Source: Pedosphaera sp. | Lineage (GTDB): Bacteria; Verrucomicrobiota; Verrucomicrobiia; Limisphaerales; SIBH01 | Length of the DNA: 24,750 nt | Assembly: GCA_031414955.1 (NCBI GenBank) | Contig: JANOQV010000251.1 | Span: 1 to 24,750, forward strand | Direction of reading: 5' to 3' | Shown: piece by piece, positions 18,851-24,750 of the stretch | Numbering within the stretch: the stretch's first letter is position 1 | How the letters are laid out: the number at the start of each line of letters is the position of its first letter | Made by a program: the position numbers and the translations under genes | Notes under the pieces: generated by a model | Database searches by the model: none | The model's input: only the letters and a program-made list of their open reading frames with translations | Told to the model about the DNA's origin: nothing

Positions 18851-18866
18851 TCTTGACCGGTCAAGA
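18851..18866. promoter_or_regulatory. perfect 16-bp palindrome TCTTGACCGGTCAAGA, putative transcription-factor operator
   Basis: Exact inverted repeat in an AT-rich divergent region, 30 nt upstream of the dnaJ ATG. Confidence 0.55.
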
Positions 18867-18867
18867 C

Positions 18868-18897
18868 TTGCGCTTTATTCAAGTCAGTCGGCATAAT
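18868..18897 (+). promoter_or_regulatory. putative sigma70-type promoter (TTGCGC-N18-CATAAT) for the candidate ncRNA
   Basis: Near-consensus -35/-10 elements. The predicted start near 18904-18905 coincides with the 5' strand of the outermost helix. Confidence 0.5.
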
Positions 18898-18904
18898 AAT
18901 TCGC

Positions 18905-19155
18905 ACAATGTTTGTTATGCGTCATTCGGTCTAGCCTCCGTCCGTCGTCAGCAGCCAGCCGTTTAATCGGCACGTCGCGGGTAGCACCCGCGACGAGGCT
19001 GCCGATGACGGCTGAATGACTGACGACAAATGAGCAGTGAGGTGAATTCTCCAAATCTGATTCGGCAAGGCATCTGCTTAGCGTTGTCCGTGCGAGGTGA
19101 TGTTCACTTCGTATTCCGACACCATAGCCCGCCCCGAGTGGGGCGGGCACTTTTT
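18905..19155 (+). ncRNA. candidate structured non-coding RNA, family unassigned
   Basis: Seven or more mutually compatible helices with many G-U pairs on the + strand, bounded by a candidate promoter and an intrinsic terminator. No credible ORF. Confidence 0.62.
19127..19155 (+). terminator. intrinsic terminator
   Basis: 9-bp all-GC stem GCCCGCCCC-GAGT-GGGGCGGGC followed by AC-TTTTT. The T-tract exists only on the + strand. Confidence 0.8.
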
Positions 19156-19243
19156 ATGTCCAAGGCGACCAGGGGGAAAATATTAGCGGACTCGGTAGCC
19201 TTACCCACGCATGATTGATCGAGCCACGCCCGGTGTGCTTGGC

Positions 19244-20371
19244 CTAAATCTCCAACACCTTCTCAAACTTGGTAAGGTTGCGAGGGCCATTGTTGGTGAC
19301 GAGAGCCATGTCCTCCAGGCGCACTCCACCCAAGCCGGGATAATAAAGTCCTGGCTCCACGGTCACCACATGACCGGCCCGAAGTTTATCCTGCGAGAAC
19401 GGGCCTATGCGCGGGGCTTCGTGAATATCCATTCCCACGCCGTGGCCGGTACCATGAAAAAAGCCATGCATGCGCCCGTTGTGTTGGCCGGTCTTGTAGC
19501 CTTCGCCAGCGAAGAATTCCTGTACGCGCTTATGAATGTCGCGCGTCGCCGCACCCTGGCGCAGAGCGTTGAAACCGATCTCTTGGCCCCGCTCCACCGT
19601 GTCGAATAATTTGCGGACCGCCTCGCCGGCCCGGCCCTTAACCACGGTGCGGGTGATATCCCCGAAATACCCGGTCTTCTGCGAGCGAGGAAAAACATCA
19701 AGGATGATAGGATCCCGGGCGCGGAGAATTCCGTGCCCGACTTCGTGGGGATCACACCCCTGCTCTCCTCCCGCCACGATGGTATGGCTGGCCCGGCCAC
19801 CGGCTTGCACAATCGCGGTGTCGATGATGGCGCGGAGTTTTTCGGCCGTGAGCGGGTTGTTCCGGTAAATGAGGCGGCGATTGCGCCCAACTTTCGCGCT
19901 CTTGAGGGCCTGGATTCCTTCGGCCAGTCCCACTTCAGCCATCATGAGAGCGGCGCTGATCTTCTTCACTTCCTCGGCAGTCTTGCGCGCCCGTTCAGAA
20001 AAGAACGCTCCGGGCCGGCACTTGACTCTGATTTTTAACGCGCGCAATTCCTCGGCCAGCCCCAGCGGAAAACTGTGGGGTACGGTCACACTCGTGATTC
20101 GTTTCTCGCGCAGAATTAATTGGATGATACGGGCGGTCGAGGCCTTTTTCTGGCTCAACCGGCCAAGCTGCGCGGCGCAGCGCGACCAGGAAATAATCTT
20201 GCAATGCGGTGCCTGCTTGCGCGCCCGATTAATTTCGAGATCACTCATTACCACATGGCAGCGCCCCCGGAGCTTGAGGTAAACAAACGGATCCGGCACG
20301 AACATTCCCACCGCGTAGAGCATGTCCGCGTCGTGGTCGCTGTCCGCCGCGATGAGCAGGTTTTCCTTCAT
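19244..20371 (-). CDS. Xaa-Pro peptidase family protein (M24B)
   Basis: Pita-bread metal ligands in ILDVFP, YFGDITRT, HGTGHGVGMDIHE, TVEPGLY and GVRLED. Confidence 0.93.
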   Translation of the reverse strand: MKENLLIAADSDHDADMLYAVGMFVPDPFVYLKLRGRCHVVMSDLEINRARKQAPHCKIISWSRCAAQLGRLSQKKASTARIIQLILREKRITSVTVPHSFPLGLAEELRALKIRVKCRPGAFFSERARKTAEEVKKISAALMMAEVGLAEGIQALKSAKVGRNRRLIYRNNPLTAEKLRAIIDTAIVQAGGRASHTIVAGGEQGCDPHEVGHGILRARDPIILDVFPRSQKTGYFGDITRTVVKGRAGEAVRKLFDTVERGQEIGFNALRQGAATRDIHKRVQEFFAGEGYKTGQHNGRMHGFFHGTGHGVGMDIHEAPRIGPFSQDKLRAGHVVTVEPGLYYPGLGGVRLEDMALVTNNGPRNLTKFEKVLEI

Positions 20372-20998
20372 CTATTGGACTCCGAAGAGCCGGTCGCCGG
20401 CATCACCCAGGCCGGGCACAATGTAGCCGCGCTCGTTCAACTTCCGATCGATGGCGGCGGTGAAGATGGGCAGCTTCGCATAGCGCGCCCGCACCGCACG
20501 GATGCCGGCTGGCGCCGCCACCAGGTTGACCAATCGCACATGCTGGGCGCGATGTGCCGCGAGCATATCCAGTGCGGCCAAAACACTTCCTCCGGTGGCG
20601 AGCATTGGATCGATGAGAATGATTTCGAACCCGCGCAGATTCCGGGGCAAGCTCTGGTGATAAGTCACTGCTTCAAGCGTCTCCTCATGGCGCTTGAGGC
20701 CGATGAAGCCGACTTGCGCATCAGGAATCAATTGCAGCATCGGCGCGAGCATTCCCAGTCCGGCCCGCAGCACGGGAACCAGAATGACCTTGCGCTCGAG
20801 CACCAGCCCGTCCGCCTGGGCCATCGGCGTCGTCACGCGCACCTTCCTGGTTGGAAAGCTTCGGGTCGCCTCATAAACCATCAAAGCCGCGACCTCCGCC
20901 AGGCAGCGGCGAAATTCCGCCGTCGGCGTGTTCCGGGCACGCAGCCGGGCCAGGCAGTGCTGCACGAGCGGATGATTGACAACCGTGACGTTTTTCAT
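20372..20998 (-). CDS. upp: uracil phosphoribosyltransferase
   Basis: HPLVQH, VPVLRAGLGM, PRPP loop LIDPMLATGGS and YIVPGLGDAGDRLFG. Confidence 0.97.
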   Translation of the reverse strand: MKNVTVVNHPLVQHCLARLRARNTPTAEFRRCLAEVAALMVYEATRSFPTRKVRVTTPMAQADGLVLERKVILVPVLRAGLGMLAPMLQLIPDAQVGFIGLKRHEETLEAVTYHQSLPRNLRGFEIILIDPMLATGGSVLAALDMLAAHRAQHVRLVNLVAAPAGIRAVRARYAKLPIFTAAIDRKLNERGYIVPGLGDAGDRLFGVQ

Positions 20999-22173
20999 CG
21001 CGGCACCACCAGTGGACAGAGGAAATAAAGCCGCCCCATCTGCAACCGGGGCGCATCCAGGCCCAAATCGATCTTCAACGTGCGCGCCTCCCCGCTTTGG
21101 CCGAGCAGGCCGAACAAGTCACCGAGCTCAAAGAGCGGTTGATAGTCGATGAGCTTCGCATCGGCGATGTTCGCCAGCTTTCGGGCTCGCGCCACGGCCG
21201 CGTCGAAGTTGCCCAACTCATCCACGAAACCGAGTTTCAGAGCCTCCTTGCCCGAGAGCACTCGTCCGTCCGCGTATTGCGGCCAATTCTCGACCAGCGC
21301 ACGGTTGGCTTCCGGGCTGTTGGCGCTGCGCTTCAAAGCGTTCCCCCGCCCTTCCGCCACCACGCTCTTAAACTTGTCGAATGTCTCGTTAACCATCGAC
21401 TGAATCATGTCGCGCTCCTCCTGGGTGATGTCCTCCGGGCGCTTGTCCGGGCTGAGCATGTCCTTGAACTTCCCGCTCTTGAACGTCTCGGGCCGCACGC
21501 CCACCTTGTCCATCAGTCCGCGAAAATTATAGCCGTGCATGATCACGCCGATGCTGCCGGTAATGGTTAATTCGTTGGCCACAATCCACTGGCACGGTGC
21601 GGACACATAATAGCCACCAGAAGCGGCCAGGCTCCCCATCGAGGCCACGACCGGCTTGCCCGAGCGCGCGTGAAACTGTTCCACCAGCTTGTAGATGTCG
21701 TCCGAGGCCAGCACTTCGCCCCCGGGTGAATTCACCTTGAGCACCACGGCTTTCACATTCCTGTCCATCTCGGCGCGCCTCAATTGCGCCTCCACCACCT
21801 CCACCATGCCGAACCCGCGCCCCATCCCTTGCGACGTGATCACGCCTTCAATCGGGACGATCACGATTTTGTTTCGGCTCGCGTGATCCTTGACCAACAT
21901 TTCCTGAAGCTTCGGCCCGGCGGCATGGTGGGCCGGCCAGCCCTCACCGCCATCCATCAAGCCCAGCAGGACGTGAAAAGGGTTTACGACCAGGGAACAG
22001 AAGAAAAGAGCGATGGCGAGGATGGCGACCACTTTCCAGCCCAGGCCGCGTTTCACCCGGGCGGGCGCGGCCAAAGGGGGCGCGTAGAAAGGCTGCGGCG
22101 CTGGCCGTAACGGGGGCGGGGTTGGGGAACTCAGCCCAGCTTCGGGCACGGGTGGCGGAACATTTTCATCCAT
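20995..22173 (-). CDS. sppA: signal peptide peptidase SppA (peptidase S49, short form)
   Basis: N-terminal TM anchor, VNSPGGEV, AASGGYYVS (catalytic Ser), TGSIGVI, KSGKFKD and ADGRV. Stop overlaps the upp start (ATGA). Confidence 0.95.
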   Translation of the reverse strand: MDENVPPPVPEAGLSSPTPPPLRPAPQPFYAPPLAAPARVKRGLGWKVVAILAIALFFCSLVVNPFHVLLGLMDGGEGWPAHHAAGPKLQEMLVKDHASRNKIVIVPIEGVITSQGMGRGFGMVEVVEAQLRRAEMDRNVKAVVLKVNSPGGEVLASDDIYKLVEQFHARSGKPVVASMGSLAASGGYYVSAPCQWIVANELTITGSIGVIMHGYNFRGLMDKVGVRPETFKSGKFKDMLSPDKRPEDITQEERDMIQSMVNETFDKFKSVVAEGRGNALKRSANSPEANRALVENWPQYADGRVLSGKEALKLGFVDELGNFDAAVARARKLANIADAKLIDYQPLFELGDLFGLLGQSGEARTLKIDLGLDAPRLQMGRLYFLCPLVVPR

Positions 22174-22182
22174 AACACGCCG

Positions 22183-22211
22183 AAGCTACCGAACCGAAAA
22201 ACCGCCCGCAA
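22183..22211 (-). promoter_or_regulatory. putative sigma70-type promoter of the sppA-upp-M24 operon (TTGCGG-N17-TAGCTT)
   Basis: Canonical 17-nt spacing. The -10 box ends 9 nt before the sppA ATG and no SD is present. Confidence 0.45.
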
Positions 22212-22410
22212 GCGTGGGAGAAGGCCGTGCGATTCGTGCGGCCGGACCCGGAGCGGCCGGTCTTGAACATGCCCGCGGCCACATGGTCTGGTGGTTTCGA
22301 CCTTGTGCAGCGCGCCAGCCCGGATGATTACGACTGCAAGAAAGACGGCCGCAATTTGCAATACGGAGAAGGTTGTTATCTCGCCCCTCCATCCATGATT
22401 CTGCGCCGAC

Positions 22411-23448
22411 ATGGATCCGTTCACTCACGCCCTTCTGGGCGCGGCAATTTCGTACGCGGCCTGCGGGCGTCGCCTCGGCCGGCACGCCGCTGCGCTCGGC
22501 GCGCTGGCTGGGATCACGCCCGATCTCGATCACTTCGTGTCGAGCGATACGGATCCCCTGCTCTACCTCGAGTTCCACCGTTCCTTCACCCACTCGCTGG
22601 TCTTCTCGCTCGCGGGCGTCCTGCTGCCCATGCTGCCGTGGGTCTTACGTCGGGATTTTCGGCCGCGCTTCGTCGCGCTCTGGCTCTGTGCCTGGCCGGC
22701 TTATCTGAGCCACTGTTTCCTCGACGCCTGCACGACTTGGGGCACGCAACTGGCCTGGCCATTCTCCCGTGCGCGCATCAGTTGGGATCTCATCGCCATT
22801 GTCGATCCGCTCTTCACCTTGATTTTGCTCGTTCTTCTGTTCGTAGCCTTGCGCCGCGCCGCGCCGCGGATGGCCGGATTCGGTCTCATCATCGCCTCCT
22901 GCTATCTCGGTTTAGGCGCCATACAACACGCCCGTGCCGTTGACCTGCAAAAGGAACTTGCCGCCGCCCGGCATCACCTCGCCGAACGCCACGAGGTCAT
23001 GCCCACCCTGGGCAACAACGTGATCTGGCGATCTATTTATCTGGCCGATGGGGAAATCCATTCTGATCGCATTCGGGTCGGTTGGTTCGCGCCTGGCACG
23101 GTGCGAGCAGGCTCCGCCCGGCCCCGCGTGACAGAGTCCGATTTGCGCGGCCCCGAGCGTTCGGCCAACTCCCATCGGCGCGGCTTCGACCGCTTCGCCT
23201 GGTTCACCGGAGGCTGGTTGGCCCGCGCGCCCGGTGATGCGACGCTCATCGGCGACATGCGCTACTCCCGCTCCACCGAGGCGTTCGATCCGGTGTGGGG
23301 AATTCGCCTGGCCGATTCGAATGACCGTCCGACTGTGGAATGGGTCAGCCGTGAACGGGACCGGCGCTTCAGTCTGCGGGAACTTTGGGATGAAATCCTG
23401 GGACGCGACGACCGCTTCCTTGCCCCACAAGCTGTCAGAAGACTCTAA
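22411..23448 (+). CDS. YdjM-family membrane-bound metal-dependent hydrolase
   Basis: MDPFTHALLG, PDLD, HRSFTHS, SHCFLDACTTWGT, IVDPLFT and several TM segments. Confidence 0.9.
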   Translation: MDPFTHALLGAAISYAACGRRLGRHAAALGALAGITPDLDHFVSSDTDPLLYLEFHRSFTHSLVFSLAGVLLPMLPWVLRRDFRPRFVALWLCAWPAYLSHCFLDACTTWGTQLAWPFSRARISWDLIAIVDPLFTLILLVLLFVALRRAAPRMAGFGLIIASCYLGLGAIQHARAVDLQKELAAARHHLAERHEVMPTLGNNVIWRSIYLADGEIHSDRIRVGWFAPGTVRAGSARPRVTESDLRGPERSANSHRRGFDRFAWFTGGWLARAPGDATLIGDMRYSRSTEAFDPVWGIRLADSNDRPTVEWVSRERDRRFSLRELWDEILGRDDRFLAPQAVRRL

Positions 23449-23505
23449 CTGACTCCACGCCGGGTGAGTATTGACCTTGTGGACGGGGCTGATCGCCCTG
23501 AATGC

Positions 23506-24614
23506 CTAGCGTCGCTTGTTCCCGGCCGCCACGCTTACATCAAACACGCCGCTGAGAATTTCTCCTGCCACCTTGACCTGCACCCAGAGCCGGTAGTGGC
23601 CGGCTTTGGGGAAAGCGTAGGGGAACGCGATGTCGTCGTGTGGCGGCATGGGGTTGGCCGAGCCGTCAAAGGAGGGAAGCTTACAGAGCGGATCTTTGTC
23701 CGGGGGCGCGATTCGAATGGGACCCTGGCCATCGACGCGTTGCACAAAAAGTTGCTGGGCTGTCATCGAGAAGGAACCGCCCGGATGCAGGTGAGTGAAC
23801 ACCGCGCCGTTGTCACGACGCAGAATCAAATGGCCGGCCATGCCCATGAAATGTTCCAGCCGCGCCGGACGCAAGATCACGTCGCGCACTTTGAAGAGCA
23901 GGCGTGTATCACGGTTTTCGATCAGCGGTTCCTTGAGCGTGAGGTCCATCCAGAGAGTCGGCGAGAGTTGCGTGGTTTGCTTCAGGGCGACCACGCCATT
24001 CGTGAAGGGCACTGTGCAGATCCACGAATCGTCGGCGTCGGGCCGGGGGGTGGCAATCTCGGTCGTGACGTCTGGATCTGGCAGCCGCACCGTGGCCGTG
24101 AGGGTATCGGATAATCCGGTTTCGTAGGTCACGTCGGCATAGACCCGGTAATCGCCCGCCGGCAAGGGGGGCAAAGCGGTCTCAAACAATTTCCAGTCGC
24201 GACGCAGCGGGTGGAGATGCGCAAAAGCATCCTGATCCGGCTCGCGCACGAGGAAGAGGTGCATCAGTTTGCCGTGCTCGGGCACGAGCGGGCCATTGCG
24301 TTTGGCCGGCTCGGAGCGTTCCAGCGCGAGAATGTGTTTTCCGTTTTCGATGCGCGTCCTGACCCTGGCCTCAACCGGTTTGTAGAGGCGGTTGTGGCGG
24401 TAGTCGCCCGCCTCGGCATCCCACCAGCGTTTGCCAAACCAGAGCAGGACTGAGATGCCCAGCGTCGCGACGAGTACGGTGCCGCGCGCGAACCAGCGAC
24501 GTTTGACACTCGGAACTGCGCCGGCCGGCAACCCGCTCTCCCGCACCGCCGCGCCAAAAATGCTGACGGCCAACCCGACCAAGAGCAGGCCGAGCAGGGC
24601 GAGAATCTTGCCTA
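23506..24614 (-). pseudogene. membrane-anchored His-rich hypothetical protein, 5' part cut off by an IS insertion
   Basis: The frame stays open upstream of the TTG at 24582 (GKILALLGLLLVGLAVS) up to the IS end at 24615, then meets an IS-derived TGA at 24622-24624. It begins at a TM helix with no ATG. Duplicated motifs EHGKLMHL...FAHLHP and FMGMAGHL...FTHLHP. Confidence 0.75.
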
Positions 24615-24750
24615 GAGCCTGTCATGCACACTAGGCGAGGAGCAAAGGGAGCATGAGGGTGACCAGAGCCAGCCAATGGTAGGCGGCGAGGGTTTCGGCC
24701 AGCCGTTCGTAATCGCGGGCCAGGCGCCGGAAGCGCGCCGCCCAAGCGAA
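24615..24750 (-). mobile_element. IS5-family insertion sequence, right end (partial; IS1031-like)
   Basis: Terminal sequence GAGCCTGTCATGCAC begins with GAG and is flanked by CTA/TAG (24612-24614). It lies immediately after the transposase stop. Confidence 0.85.
24631..24750 (-). CDS. IS5-family transposase, C-terminal 39 aa (partial)
   Basis: Manual translation gives FAWAARFRRLARDYERLAETLAAYHWLALVTLMLPLLLA*. F-x-W...RRL-x-x-DYE is the typical IS5 transposase C-terminus. Confidence 0.9.
   Translation of the reverse strand, partial: FAWAARFRRLARDYERLAETLAAYHWLALVTLMLPLLLA

Noticed and set aside
18973..19050. Resemblance to a T-box (GGGTAGCACCCGCG), a hammerhead core (CTGACGA) or a c-di-AMP riboswitch (GCTGAAT, GGTGAAT)
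   Set aside because: The T-box UGGNACC is not matched, no GAAA partner exists for a hammerhead, the c-di-AMP 3' consensus is missing, and there is no downstream same-strand gene to regulate.
18884..19218. ORFs 18884..19150 (-, 88 aa) and 19030..19218 (+, 62 aa)
   Set aside because: They have no motifs and atypical codon pattern, and both run through the terminator hairpin. RNA structure explains the region better, although a short peptide cannot be excluded without Ribo-seq.
1..24750. CRISPR array, rRNA/tRNA genes, prophage or defence-system genes
   Set aside because: I saw no regularly spaced 25-45 nt repeats, cloverleafs or recognisable phage or defence proteins by eye.

Overview
High-GC bacterial chromosomal segment. 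Gene content (H-X9-DG pseudopilin, Tat-signal Hyi-like protein, B. halodurans-type UxaC, few Shine-Dalgarno motifs) suggests the PVC superphylum, probably Verrucomicrobiota (inference). It holds about 21 coding regions: the 5' part of acnA, a NagX/HGSNAT-like acyltransferase, a GT4 glycosyltransferase, a secreted vanadium haloperoxidase-family protein with an adjacent pseudopilin, a large secreted CarboxypepD_reg-repeat protein, cvfB, uxaC, a Hyi-like protein, a CPD photolyase, a CbpA-like DnaJ, an sppA-upp-M24 peptidase operon, a YdjM-like hydrolase and several small hypotheticals. At the right edge an IS5-family element interrupts a His-rich membrane protein gene. The strongest unexplained signal is a ~250-nt intergenic region (18905-19155). 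It has a candidate sigma70-type promoter, extensive nested base-pairing with two three-way junctions and a strand-specific intrinsic terminator, so it is a candidate structured ncRNA that I cannot assign to a known family. Other oddities are a perfect 16-bp operator-like palindrome beside it and heptamer repeats, one of which lies in frame inside aconitase. All calls were made by eye; no searches or folding programs were run.
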